This document shows, in pieces, positions 39,184 to 49,619 of a DNA stretch of 64,000 nt. How positions within the stretch are numbered: position 1 is the stretch's first letter; every line of letters starts with the position of its first letter. Under the pieces are notes generated by a model. The model saw nothing but the letters and a program-made list of their open reading frames with translations, was not told the origin of the DNA and did no database searches. The position numbers were made by a program, and so were the translations under genes. The DNA is from an uncultured Candidatus Saccharibacteria bacterium (GTDB lineage Bacteria > Patescibacteriota > Minisyncoccia > JACQLN01): positions 2,214 to 66,213 of the forward strand of contig CAYIPG010000001.1 in NCBI GenBank assembly GCA_964365305.1. The letters run 5' to 3'.

Positions 39184-39942
39184 CTATTGTTTAAGTTTAA
39201 GCGTTTTCCCCACTACACGAAAAGTATGGGTCAATTCTTCTAGTTGCTGTTGCCGTTTCTCACGCATGATTTCAAAAAGTGTCGTCTCTTCTTCGGTCTT
39301 TTGCGCCGGCGGATATAAAAAATCAATCGGTACGGAAACTATTTTATAACCGGCGGCCATCACTTCTAAGCGTGCCGTGTCTTGAATATAGTTATCAGAA
39401 ACTCCAAATCGTTTAGCCGGATAACATTCCGCAAAATAAGAGAGTAATCCTCGCCTAAATGCCACCGGACCAAAAGCCACATCAAAACATTTACCGGTAG
39501 TATCAGCAAAAACAGCGTTGATCTGCTTTTCGGATTTTATCTGGAACATCGGGTAGCTGGCATAACTGGTTGGGGTGCGTTCAGGAATCACAAGATCGGC
39601 CTCACCGCGCTGAATCGGCGCGATGATTTGCGGAACCCAGCGAATTATATCCGCTTTCTCCGGTTCGGTCCAAAGAAAAATATCCGCTTTATTATCATCA
39701 TTGGCAACCATGCTGAATAATTCTCTCTTTTGATTACCCATACCCTTCTCACCCGCCTGTCGGTGAACCTTAGCTCCGACTTTGGCCAAGGCGCGGCTAA
39801 CAGTAGCATCAATTGATCCATCCACCACTACAACATCATAACCAACAGCTATAGCTTTCCCAATAAGCTGGCAAGCTAACTGGAAACGGGTCTCAGTGGT
39901 CCTTTTATATAAAGTTGCCGTGAGTATTGTGATATTGTTCAT
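39184..39942 (-). CDS. Hypothetical protein, possible GT-A fold
   Basis: VVVVDGS, WTEPEK, ADLVIPER; start moved to MNNITIL to remove overlap with upstream gene. Confidence 0.5.
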   Translation of the reverse strand: MNNITILTATLYKRTTETRFQLACQLIGKAIAVGYDVVVVDGSIDATVSRALAKVGAKVHRQAGEKGMGNQKRELFSMVANDDNKADIFLWTEPEKADIIRWVPQIIAPIQRGEADLVIPERTPTSYASYPMFQIKSEKQINAVFADTTGKCFDVAFGPVAFRRGLLSYFAECYPAKRFGVSDNYIQDTARLEVMAAGYKIVSVPIDFLYPPAQKTEEETTLFEIMREKRQQQLEELTHTFRVVGKTLKLKQ

Positions 39943-41042
39943 ATTATTAGCTGTTTGTAGATAGAAATATAATTTTGAACAACTTTTTGCCAATCCATAG
40001 TCCTGGCAAAATTTAAGGACTCTCGCGAAAATGACTCTCTTAACATACTATCGGACAAAATTTTCTCCATAGCATCGGCCGCCTCCAAATGATCTGATGG
40101 TGAAACCAGCGTACCATTTTCGCCATCCAAAACCGCATCTTCAGCACTAGTCCCGCGCGAAGAAACGATTGGCAATCCGCACGCCGCCGCTTCTAAAAAG
40201 ACCAGTCCGAAACCCTCTATATCTTTGTTAATATCTTGCGGCAACAAAATAAACAACTCGGCGTTTTTATACAGTCCAACCAGTTCCTCCTCGGATAAAT
40301 CTTTCAGAAATATTACCCGATCCTGCAATTTGAGATGTGAGATTTGTGACTTGAGATTTTGATATTCTGGACCACTGCCAACAATCACATACTTAAGATC
40401 GGGAAACTTCGGCGCGATTTGGGCAAACACCTTGATAGAGTATTCATAACCCTTGCGTTTTTTTAGTGTGCCCACGCTTAAAATATAGGGCTTAAGTTTT
40501 TGAACTTTAGCATCACTTTGATATTTGCCTGCCCCGTAGCGAGCTTGCTCTGCTTCGGGGATATTTGATATTTGATACTTATCAAAATCCACCCCATGGT
40601 TAATCACTTCAATCTTTAAATCAGGAATTACCCTTAGTATCTCTCTTTTTGTATTATTGCTGATAGCTGTAATTTGGTCGGCCTTTCGATAAGCCCAAAT
40701 CAAAAGTTGTTTTTTGATCGGTTGATATAACGGCTGAACCGCGCCAGTGCCAATAGTTGTTATTACAATCTTTTTGCCAAGACCCAAAGAAAAAACTGCG
40801 GCTATCACACCATATGGCCAACCATCTAAAGCGTGAACTATATCGCAACTCTTAAAAACCGACCTTATTTTAAATAATCGAAAAATAATCCTTAAAAAAC
40901 CTCCAGACAATAGATTATCCGAAGTTAAAATTTCATACTGATAATGGGATTCTGCTTTCTTTAAAGCGCTTGAAAACGACAAAAAAAACCGCCCTGATCC
41001 TGTATTCGATGATAAATCATTGTTCAAAAAGCACACTTTCAT
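39939..41042 (-). CDS. GT4 glycosyltransferase
   Basis: RKG, GSGP, EGFGLVFLEAAACGLP. Confidence 0.92.
   Translation of the reverse strand: MKVCFLNNDLSSNTGSGRFFLSFSSALKKAESHYQYEILTSDNLLSGGFLRIIFRLFKIRSVFKSCDIVHALDGWPYGVIAAVFSLGLGKKIVITTIGTGAVQPLYQPIKKQLLIWAYRKADQITAISNNTKREILRVIPDLKIEVINHGVDFDKYQISNIPEAEQARYGAGKYQSDAKVQKLKPYILSVGTLKKRKGYEYSIKVFAQIAPKFPDLKYVIVGSGPEYQNLKSQISHLKLQDRVIFLKDLSEEELVGLYKNAELFILLPQDINKDIEGFGLVFLEAAACGLPIVSSRGTSAEDAVLDGENGTLVSPSDHLEAADAMEKILSDSMLRESFSRESLNFARTMDWQKVVQNYISIYKQLII
40528..40560. repeat. 33-bp GC-rich palindromic in-frame insert
   Basis: cctgccccgtagcgagcttgctctgcttcgggg between atatttg heptamers; encodes PEAEQARYGAG. Confidence 0.75.
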
Positions 41043-41206
41043 TTTTTATTTATAAGCACATAGACAATATTATATACCCAACGCTCGGCTAAATATGAAT
41101 ATTGTTTTTTGATGTTCCGTTCTTTCAATTGACTTAACAAATATTATATTATAACTTATTATCAATATATAAAGTTACACTAGAGTTGTCACTTTAATAT
41201 ACAAAA

Positions 41207-42562
41207 ATGAAAATGATATTTCTGTTTATACCGCATTATGTTTATACATCAGATTTGCTCCACACAAAATATATAAATCACCTGGCAAGCAAATATCGTG
41301 TAATGGTGTTCGGGCCAGTTTTTGATCCTGTCAACATAGAATCGTATCCTAAGTTAGACAATGTTGAGTATGTTTATATGGAAGCGCAACACCCCAATCT
41401 TTGGCTACTTTTTAACAAAACCTTACGTTTTTCCTTAATAAAAGAATTTGACAATCTGGAATACCATAAATTAATAGCCCGAACGGGCCGGAATTTAAAC
41501 TGGCAAAGAAAATTATTAAAAAATATAGCTGTGCTATTGCCTAATTTTCTTGTTAAAGTCAATAGCTTCACTAAGCTAGAAAGTATACTGTTAGACAACT
41601 CGGGACTGATTAAAGATTATATCGATAAATACCAGCCCGAACTTATTCTAACATCCACACCCGGTTTTACCGGCCTGGAGGCTGAAGCTGTGCTTATGGC
41701 CAAAAAAAATAATATAAAAACCGTGGCCATAAACTTTAGTTGGGACAACATTTTTAATACCGCTAAACAAATAAGAAAAACGGATTATTTAATAGTTTGG
41801 AACAATCGGGTCAAAAATGCCGCCTGTGAAATTCATGGCTATCTCCCAAAAAACATTTGTGTTTCCGGTACAATGAGATTTGATCATCATTTTAACGATG
41901 AATTTAAATCTAAGAACATGTCTGGACGCACAAGTTTTTTGACCGAGAAAAATTTGAACCCTAATCTAAAAACTATATTTTTCACCACTGTACCGCCGCA
42001 CACATATCCTTTCCAAACCAAGTTTTTAGAAAATTTGATAAACTTAAGGGATAACGGCGTATTTAAAGAGAACTTAAACATAATAACCCGATTGCATCCC
42101 CGAGATGAAATAGCTAACTACAAACATATTATTGGCGCAAAAAATCTTCATATAGAGGAAGCGGGTCAATTAAAAAATCAAAGACCGGGAGATTTGCATA
42201 AAATAGAAATGAATGAAAGCGATTTGGAAAATTTGCGGCGGTCTCTGCTTTACTCAAATGTAGCGGTCAATTTTCGCTCCAGTATGACTTTGGAAACATG
42301 CCTCTATGATCTACCCACCATAAACTTGGCTTACCACGATTACGATATTTATTACCAAATGGATCATTACATACCTATACTGGCATCAGGGGCGGTTAAA
42401 CTGGTTAAAAATCAGGAAGAGTTTATAAATGCGATGAAAAATTATTTAGCAAACCCTAGATTGGATAGCGAAAAAAGAACAAAAATATCTAAAGAACTCG
42501 TCCCTTTCCAAGACGGCCTAGCTTACAAAAGAAATGTTGATTTTCTAGAAAGAATTATCTAA
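41207..42562 (+). CDS. TagF-like GT-B transferase (SWDN)
   Basis: FSWDN, GTMRFD, RLHPRD, DGLAYKR. Confidence 0.7.
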   Translation: MKMIFLFIPHYVYTSDLLHTKYINHLASKYRVMVFGPVFDPVNIESYPKLDNVEYVYMEAQHPNLWLLFNKTLRFSLIKEFDNLEYHKLIARTGRNLNWQRKLLKNIAVLLPNFLVKVNSFTKLESILLDNSGLIKDYIDKYQPELILTSTPGFTGLEAEAVLMAKKNNIKTVAINFSWDNIFNTAKQIRKTDYLIVWNNRVKNAACEIHGYLPKNICVSGTMRFDHHFNDEFKSKNMSGRTSFLTEKNLNPNLKTIFFTTVPPHTYPFQTKFLENLINLRDNGVFKENLNIITRLHPRDEIANYKHIIGAKNLHIEEAGQLKNQRPGDLHKIEMNESDLENLRRSLLYSNVAVNFRSSMTLETCLYDLPTINLAYHDYDIYYQMDHYIPILASGAVKLVKNQEEFINAMKNYLANPRLDSEKRTKISKELVPFQDGLAYKRNVDFLERII

Positions 42563-43377
42563 TGAGAACGATACCCACAACAAAATCCGGTAATTATACA
42601 AGCGATGCCAACCTATTAAAAAGAAAAAAATTTGCCAAACTATTCCAACCAAAAATAAATCTGGTTAAAGAAATAGTTTTCTTGTTAAAATTGAAAGGTG
42701 GCGAATGTATTCTGGATGCGGGTTGTGGTAATGGCGATTTGCTTATAGAGATAAGAAATAAGTACAAACACCGTGGTGATTTATATGGTGTGGATATTGC
42801 CGAAGGAATATTGCAACAAGCTATCTTTTTAAATAAGAAAACGAAATCAAAAATAAACTTTCAGAGAGCGGATGTCAAAAACTTAAAACTGCCTTCCGAG
42901 CATTTTGATATAGTGATACTCAAACATGTCCTTCATAATGTAGCTAAACCCACACAGGCAATTGAGGAGTGCCGCCGAGTTCTTAAAACAAATGGCCGAT
43001 TGGTTATAGTTGTAACCGGCAAAAAATCAAGATTGCTATTAAGACAGCTAAAACAAAAAATTGCCGCCATTCTTGGCTTAGATTTTTTCCCAGACGCCGA
43101 GAAAGATATTAACCTGGAGAGTATTTCCGACTATCTGAAATCTTCACTTTGGAACTTTAGAATTAAACAACTTAAAAGCGTCCTGCGCTTAAAAAATCCC
43201 AAGCCATACGTTGATTATGTGGATAGTGGCCGGGATTTTTGGGCTAGCGGAATAAAAGATGAGAAATGGCAGGAAATATTAAGTTTTTCTCAAAAATATT
43301 TTGATCAGATCATTAAAAAGAAAGGACAGATATCAGATCAAAGCATTTTAGGAATTGTGATTGCCATTAAAAAATAA
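42562..43377 (+). CDS. Class I SAM-dependent methyltransferase
   Basis: ILDAGCGNG, FDIVILKHVLH. Confidence 0.88.
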   Translation: MRTIPTTKSGNYTSDANLLKRKKFAKLFQPKINLVKEIVFLLKLKGGECILDAGCGNGDLLIEIRNKYKHRGDLYGVDIAEGILQQAIFLNKKTKSKINFQRADVKNLKLPSEHFDIVILKHVLHNVAKPTQAIEECRRVLKTNGRLVIVVTGKKSRLLLRQLKQKIAAILGLDFFPDAEKDINLESISDYLKSSLWNFRIKQLKSVLRLKNPKPYVDYVDSGRDFWASGIKDEKWQEILSFSQKYFDQIIKKKGQISDQSILGIVIAIKK

Positions 43378-43386
43378 TTTATAGGT

Positions 43387-44310
43387 TTATAGGTTTCTAT
43401 CTTTCAACCAATTTAGATATATCCGCGCCACCTTTTCATTGCCACGCAAAATCATCCCCACATGGGAAAAGCCCTTTACATATTTTACCGAAACATCTTT
43501 TTGATACTTCTTAAGCCAATTTATTAATATTTTTTCTTTGGCTGGTTGATGGCCTTGATCCCGCGCGCCGTTAACTAATAATATAGGCGGCATTTTTTTT
43601 GGATTTTTTATTGTAAGCAACTTCCAATATTTTTTAACAATCGGATGTTTTGATTGAATAGCCGCCATCAAGGACGAGAAGAGAACTAAATATTCTCGCA
43701 TATACTTTTTTAGATATTTTTTAGGAAAAAAAGGAGAGTCGGAAATTCTTAAAACCGCCTCTCGCGATATTTCGAGAGGTTTGTTCAAATCAATGGGTTT
43801 CCGTATTTGATCTGACTGTGGTTCAAAACAATTTAATGGTCCAGTGGCGCCATAGCCCGAAATAGCAACAGTGCGTTTGGGCATAATATCCGTCGCCAAC
43901 TTAAAAACCTGGGGCCCACCCATACTCCATCCCAAAAAAACCACTTTGCGATTTTTATCCGTAACTTTTTCAATGACTTTTTTAATAAGCTTCATGTTTT
44001 CTTCTTGAGTCAACCGGCACAATTCTTGAGCTGAACATCTATAAACATCACCTGAATTACAAGCCCATTCCACCGTAATAACTTCTCGTCCTTTTTCGGC
44101 AAACAATGGCGCCCAGCCCTTTCTGCCATCTGGCGTAATTTCCCAAATTTTCATCAAATGCCCGCCGCCGCCAATAAGCGCAATAACTGCCTCACCCGAT
44201 AATTTAGCCGGTATATAATGCTTGTACTTCATGTGGTAGGGTTGGCGACCTACTACACCCTCTTTGGTGTTATAATTTGTGGTCTTGGATTTATTTATAT
44301 TGACGCCCAT
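43387..44310 (-). CDS. Alpha/beta hydrolase (esterase-like)
   Basis: GGGG oxyanion region, TPDGRKGWA, GWSMGG nucleophile, GARD, FSH. Confidence 0.8.
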   Translation of the reverse strand: MGVNINKSKTTNYNTKEGVVGRQPYHMKYKHYIPAKLSGEAVIALIGGGGHLMKIWEITPDGRKGWAPLFAEKGREVITVEWACNSGDVYRCSAQELCRLTQEENMKLIKKVIEKVTDKNRKVVFLGWSMGGPQVFKLATDIMPKRTVAISGYGATGPLNCFEPQSDQIRKPIDLNKPLEISREAVLRISDSPFFPKKYLKKYMREYLVLFSSLMAAIQSKHPIVKKYWKLLTIKNPKKMPPILLVNGARDQGHQPAKEKILINWLKKYQKDVSVKYVKGFSHVGMILRGNEKVARIYLNWLKDRNL

Positions 44311-44400
44311 GATTTAATGTTTTAGAATAAAGACGAAGCAAATCTGTTCTTTGATATCAAAACATATTGTATCTGGTAAATCCAGAAAGGAGATGTTGCC

Positions 44401-45939
44401 GTGATCAATGATTTTCGAGTGCTGATGCTCTATCCCAACTATCAACACGAGATGATGGTACCGCCGGCCTTGGCGTTATTTTCCTCTCTGTTGAAGTGGG
44501 AGGGCTTTAAGGTGGATCTGTTTGACACCACCAATTACAAGATTGACACCGGTGGGGTGGATTCGGAGAAAAGTAAAATGGCCAACTTAACGGTGCGGCC
44601 GTTTAAGTCGACAACCTTGATCAAAAAGGATGATGTCTACACTGATTTTCGCCAAAAGATCAACTCCTTCAGCCCCGATCTACTTTTGGTAACCGCTACC
44701 GAAAACATGTTTTTGGTGGCCATGAAGTTGCTCAACTCGGTTGAGGACACTGGCGTGCCTGTTGTTCTAGGCGGGGTTTTTGCTACTTTCGCCCCGGACT
44801 TAGCCATGCGCTGGCGGGAAGTGGACATGTTGTGCGTGGGCGAGGGAGAGCAGGTCATTGTGGAATTATGCCGCCGCATGAACCGGGGTGAGGATTCTTC
44901 CAGCATTCCCGGACTCTGGGTTAGAGGAAAAGATGGCCTGATTAAAAAAAATCCCCTGGGTCCTCGAGTGAATATGGATGAAAACCCGTTGCCCGATTTT
45001 ACTCTTTTTGAGGATTCTAGATTCTACCGTCCTATGGCCGGTAAGATTTTGAGAATCTTTCCCGCAGAAACTCATCGGGGCTGTCCCTTTACTTGCGCTT
45101 TTTGCAATTCGCCCGATCAGGACAGATTATACGGTCAAGCCACCGGGCAAAAATTCTTTCGCAAGAAAAGGTTTGATAAGATTCACGAGGAACTTTTGTT
45201 TTGCCGCGATGTCTGGCGGGCCCAGTATATCTTTTTCTGGGCGGATACTTTTTTCGCCTGGAGCGAAGAAGAGTTCGATCAGTTCTGCGAAATGTACGCC
45301 GACATCAAACTGCCTTTCTGGTGTCAAACCCGACCCGAAACAGTAGTGGAGCGCCGCATCAAAAAACTAAAAGATGTTGGCATTCACAGAATGGGTTTTG
45401 GCATTGAGCATGGCAACTTTCAATTCAGAAAGGATGTGGTTGATCGCCGCTATACTAATGAACTGGTGATAGCAAGAATGAGAATTCTGGTGGAGCAGGG
45501 TGTTGAATTTAGCGTCAATAACATCATCGGCTTCCCCGACGAAACGCGGGAATTGTCTTTTGATACTATTGAACTAAATCGGCATATTCCGAGCGACACC
45601 ATGAGCTGTTCAATCTTTGTTCCTTTTCATGGGACAAGATTGAGGGAATTGTGTGTCGAAAAGGGCTACATCCATCCTGATGTTATCTGCCCCACCAACT
45701 CCGACGATACGGTTTTAATTATGCCGCCGCCTTTTATGAGCAAAGAACAAATGAAGGGTTTGCGGCGGGTGTTCGCCATGTATGTTAAATTCCCCAAAGA
45801 ACGCTGGCCAGAAATTCGGCAGGCCGAAGAGCTGACTCCTGAGGGGGATGAGGTTTGGGAGAAGTTAAGAAAGGAGTTTGTTAAAACCTTCTTTGCTCCG
45901 CCCGAAACCGACATCGAAAAGATCAATAATGCTGTTTAA
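44401..45939 (+). CDS. Cobalamin-binding radical SAM enzyme
   Basis: VVLGG/GEGE B12-binding domain; RGCPFTCAFC; AAGGAG RBS before GTG. Confidence 0.9.
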   Translation: MINDFRVLMLYPNYQHEMMVPPALALFSSLLKWEGFKVDLFDTTNYKIDTGGVDSEKSKMANLTVRPFKSTTLIKKDDVYTDFRQKINSFSPDLLLVTATENMFLVAMKLLNSVEDTGVPVVLGGVFATFAPDLAMRWREVDMLCVGEGEQVIVELCRRMNRGEDSSSIPGLWVRGKDGLIKKNPLGPRVNMDENPLPDFTLFEDSRFYRPMAGKILRIFPAETHRGCPFTCAFCNSPDQDRLYGQATGQKFFRKKRFDKIHEELLFCRDVWRAQYIFFWADTFFAWSEEEFDQFCEMYADIKLPFWCQTRPETVVERRIKKLKDVGIHRMGFGIEHGNFQFRKDVVDRRYTNELVIARMRILVEQGVEFSVNNIIGFPDETRELSFDTIELNRHIPSDTMSCSIFVPFHGTRLRELCVEKGYIHPDVICPTNSDDTVLIMPPPFMSKEQMKGLRRVFAMYVKFPKERWPEIRQAEELTPEGDEVWEKLRKEFVKTFFAPPETDIEKINNAV

Positions 45940-45949
45940 CAGCTTCACA

Positions 45950-45977
45950 AGCCACCCTCAAGGGTGGCTCTTTTTTT
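45950..45977 (+). terminator. Intrinsic terminator
   Basis: agccaccct-ca-agggtggct followed by cttttttt. Confidence 0.85.
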
Positions 45978-46048
45978 GTTTGGACCATAATTTGGATCTC
46001 AAAAAAATAAGGTTTCATTATATCGTGGTTTAAAAAACAAATTTTCAT

Positions 46049-46786
46049 CTATTTCCCAAGGACATAAACTATTTTAGATCCCCATCTCTTCCTAAGTTTA
46101 CCATCCAATCCGAATCCGGAAGCTAAATTTAATATAAATCTTCTGGCTCTGCCTTTTACACCCATAAAAATCCCCTCATTTACAAAATATTTTTTATCAA
46201 TCAACTTGAAATATTTAAGTACGGTCTTATTGAAAATAGCGGGAGTAAAAATTGAGATATGATTATTTTTTTCATGGAAACCAGAAATCTCGCCATATTT
46301 ATAAAAATACCTCCGACTCAAAAAAGAATCAGTATTAACTAAAGTAAAAATAAATATTCCTCGTTTTTTTAATATTCTATGCACTTCCCTTATAAAATTA
46401 TGGGGATTCTCCAAGTGAGGCAGAACGCACCACGCTGTAATAATGTCAAAAAAAGAATCGCCATGCGGGATTTTGTCGTAATTTAGGTCAACAATTTTAA
46501 AATCTTTTAAAAAACGGCGATTCTCATCATTAATATAATCATCAACATCCAAACCATAAACATTTTTTATACCAACATCTACAACTAATTGCCTAATAAA
46601 ATCGCCGCTGGCCGTCCCGCAATCTAAAACATTTACATCACCGCTGTTTCCAAAAAAAAACCTCTTATAATCAAAAACTATGCCTGAACAAAACTTATTC
46701 CTAACAGTCGGCCCTTTATAAGTCCTGAGCCTGTCTTTTAAAACTTGGTCGGAACGTATTTCTTCCGTGGTTAAATATTTGGCCAT
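46049..46786 (-). CDS. Class I SAM-dependent methyltransferase (paralog of 48879..49619)
   Basis: VLDCGTASG, TAWCVLPHLENP, NNHI. Confidence 0.85.
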   Translation of the reverse strand: MAKYLTTEEIRSDQVLKDRLRTYKGPTVRNKFCSGIVFDYKRFFFGNSGDVNVLDCGTASGDFIRQLVVDVGIKNVYGLDVDDYINDENRRFLKDFKIVDLNYDKIPHGDSFFDIITAWCVLPHLENPHNFIREVHRILKKRGIFIFTLVNTDSFLSRRYFYKYGEISGFHEKNNHISIFTPAIFNKTVLKYFKLIDKKYFVNEGIFMGVKGRARRFILNLASGFGLDGKLRKRWGSKIVYVLGK

Positions 46787-46789
46787 AGA

Positions 46790-47842
46790 TTAATATAAAT
46801 CCTCAAGTTTTATTTGTTCATCCTCTTCTATCATTTTTCTGATTTTTTTGCCAACCACCCTATCAATCATGGCGGGAGACAAACCGCCCTTGCCCGGCCG
46901 CTTAAAATCTATCATGTCTTTTTTCAAAACTGTGCCGACAGAGAGATCGCGGTTTGCCACGATACTCTGACCAGCCCAATTCCTGCCTTTCTCTAAGGTC
47001 TTTATTCTTTTTTTTTCAGTGTGTTGCTTTAAGGCAGTCTCGATATCCCTTATTTGTTTGACCATCAGTTTAAACTCTTGAGGCAACAACGCGCCTGGAT
47101 TATCCAAAGATCGGGGATCTGTTTTATCAAAAGTCAAATGCTTTTCTACTATACAAGCTCCCCTGGCCACGGCGGCTAGCGGTATATGCCAACCAACGCT
47201 GTGATCCGAAATACCGACCGGAACATTATACTTATCCCTAAAATATTCCATTCTTTTTAGGTTGGCGTGCTCATACGGGGTGGGATAAATAGAAACACAA
47301 TGTAGTATGATAATATCCTTAACACCATTTTTTCGTAAAGTATTAATGGCCTTATCAACTTCTTCGTTGGTCTGCACGCCAAAAGATATAATCACCGGCT
47401 TTTTTCTTTTGGCGATATTCTTTAAAAACTCATAGTTATGCGCCTCGCCCGAACCAACTTTAAAGTAAGGTTGCTTGATGATGTTGTCCAGAAAATCCAA
47501 GCTTTCGTTGTCATGCGCGGTTGCAAAAACTGGAATACCGATATTCTGGGCGTGGTTAAAAATTTTTTCCATCTGAACATCCGAAAATTCTTTATACTTC
47601 ATTCGCTCAAACCAATTATAACCAAGCTCTTTCTCTAACCTGTTGCTAACCTTTTTGCTCACCAATTTTTCGGTTTTGGTCGCTTGAAATTTAACTATAT
47701 CCGCTCCGGCTTCAAAAGCGGCTTCAATTTGTTTTTTAGCTAAATCAATCTGACCATAATTAGTGACTCCACCCTCGCAAATTATAAAACATGGCTTACC
47801 TTCTCCAACAATCATCTTGCCTAATTTTATTTTATTTTCCAT
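46790..47842 (-). CDS. neuB: Nonulosonate synthase with SAF domain
   Basis: GADIVKFQ, KVGSGE, HCVSIYP, GISDHS, VEKH, KRPG. Confidence 0.92.
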   Translation of the reverse strand: MENKIKLGKMIVGEGKPCFIICEGGVTNYGQIDLAKKQIEAAFEAGADIVKFQATKTEKLVSKKVSNRLEKELGYNWFERMKYKEFSDVQMEKIFNHAQNIGIPVFATAHDNESLDFLDNIIKQPYFKVGSGEAHNYEFLKNIAKRKKPVIISFGVQTNEEVDKAINTLRKNGVKDIIILHCVSIYPTPYEHANLKRMEYFRDKYNVPVGISDHSVGWHIPLAAVARGACIVEKHLTFDKTDPRSLDNPGALLPQEFKLMVKQIRDIETALKQHTEKKRIKTLEKGRNWAGQSIVANRDLSVGTVLKKDMIDFKRPGKGGLSPAMIDRVVGKKIRKMIEEDEQIKLEDLY

Positions 47843-48810
47843 TTTTTTATTTCTTTTAACACTAATTCGCTTATATATACTTGCGTTCTCTCATTAGCTT
47901 CCTTGGTTGAACCGCCAAGATGAGGAACTATTATCAAATTACTGTTTTTCTTGGCGTACTCAACCAAGGGATTACTTCTTATATGGCCGCCATCCGGCAT
48001 TTCATTGCTTAGAGTGTCCAGAGCCGCGCCGGCTATACCCCCATCATTTAACGCATTAAACAGAGCCGCTTCGTCCGTAATTTCTCCCCGGGCAGTATTT
48101 ATAAAAATAGCGCTCGGCTTCATCATTTTAAAATGTTTTTCTTTAATCATCCCGAAAGTTGAATCATTGTAAACCGAGTGCAAGGAAACAATATCTGATT
48201 TTCTCAAAACATCCGCCAAACCCGCCTTACGAACACCATATTCTTTCATCTCCTTGCGACTAATAAAAGGGTCGTGGGCTAAAACCTTCATACCAAAGGC
48301 CATGCTGTATTTAGACACCATTTTACCCAAACGGCCAAAACCGATAAGACCGATAGTTTTGTTATAAAGTTCAACCCCGGCATATTTTTTTCTATCCCAT
48401 TCGCCTTTTTTAATTGAGTCAAAAGCTGCCGGTATATTCCTTAACAGAGCCAACACCAAAGCAATAGTTTCCTCGGCTGTGGAGTAAGTTTTTTTAAGAA
48501 CGGGAGAACCGGCCTTAATATTAATTATATTAATACCTCTCCTGCGACATTCATCCAAATCAATATAACGCAGTTGTGTTGTCCTGGAACCCACCAATTT
48601 CAAGTTGATGGCTTTGTCCAAAACATCCTTACTAAGCTTAACTTCAAGCCCGGTGACTAATACATCAGCTGATGCGAGATTACTAAAAAATGTTTTATTT
48701 GAAACAAAATCAATAACCCTGCCTCCTTTGGCAAGAATGTTTTTAGCTCTTAAATTGAAATCTTTTTCAGCAATTAGTATTGTAAGCATGGCCCATGTAT
48801 AATTTCTCAT
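47827..48810 (-). CDS. D-isomer-specific 2-hydroxyacid dehydrogenase (paralog of 17944..18903)
   Basis: STAE, GFGRLG, INTARG, PHLGGST; start likely 48789. Confidence 0.88.
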   Translation of the reverse strand: MRNYTWAMLTILIAEKDFNLRAKNILAKGGRVIDFVSNKTFFSNLASADVLVTGLEVKLSKDVLDKAINLKLVGSRTTQLRYIDLDECRRRGINIINIKAGSPVLKKTYSTAEETIALVLALLRNIPAAFDSIKKGEWDRKKYAGVELYNKTIGLIGFGRLGKMVSKYSMAFGMKVLAHDPFISRKEMKEYGVRKAGLADVLRKSDIVSLHSVYNDSTFGMIKEKHFKMMKPSAIFINTARGEITDEAALFNALNDGGIAGAALDTLSNEMPDGGHIRSNPLVEYAKKNSNLIIVPHLGGSTKEANERTQVYISELVLKEIKKWKIK

Positions 48811-48878
48811 ATACTATAACATCTAGCAACCATGTCTTGTTTTTGGATGTTATAGTAATAGATTAACATAAAATAAAA

Positions 48879-49619
48879 ATGCGCTATTTTACAGCTGATG
48901 AAATAAAAAACACAAATAGAAAAGAGGTCACAGAAGTATTAAAAGGGTGCGCCGGAAAAAATGTAAAATATTATTTTGGAATAAAGGTGTTTAAAAAATA
49001 CTCCGATTTTGCATTGATAACGCACGATGCCAAAATATTAGACCTCGGAACAGCCAGCGGAGCTTTTACAAAACAGCTATACAATTTGGGCTATAAAAAT
49101 ATATTCGCGCACGATATAGACAATTACCTCCCTAATGAGGTGAAAGAAATTGTGAAAGAATACAAACTATCGGATCTAAGCACAGAAAAAAACCCTTGGG
49201 ATGATAACTTTTTTGACGCTATAACCGCTTGGTGTGTTTTACCGCATTTAGAAAATCCGTTCCATTGCGCTAGAGAGCTCTGGCGTGTTCTAAAACCCGG
49301 TGGAATATTTATGTTCACAACTCCTCATATTCTTTCAAAACCAAGCATGGCTTTCTTTCTAAAAAAGAAATATTTCGCGGGGTACAGACCAACCAATAAC
49401 CATATAGCGTTGCTTCCTTTAAGTATTTTGGAGAAAACTATTTTTAGAGGTTTTGAGCTTATTGGAATAGAATATCTGGTTACACCAAAAGTAAACCGGG
49501 GCGCTAAGGGTAAATTAAGGAAATTACTGATTGACTTAAGTAAGTATAATAAATGGCTAAAAAAATTTCTTGAAAAAAGATGGGCTTATAATATCTGCTA
49601 TATCATACGCAAAATTTAA
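48879..49619 (+). CDS. Class I SAM-dependent methyltransferase (paralog of 46049..46786)
   Basis: ILDLGTASG, TAWCVLPHLENP, NNHI. Confidence 0.85.
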   Translation: MRYFTADEIKNTNRKEVTEVLKGCAGKNVKYYFGIKVFKKYSDFALITHDAKILDLGTASGAFTKQLYNLGYKNIFAHDIDNYLPNEVKEIVKEYKLSDLSTEKNPWDDNFFDAITAWCVLPHLENPFHCARELWRVLKPGGIFMFTTPHILSKPSMAFFLKKKYFAGYRPTNNHIALLPLSILEKTIFRGFELIGIEYLVTPKVNRGAKGKLRKLLIDLSKYNKWLKKFLEKRWAYNICYIIRKI

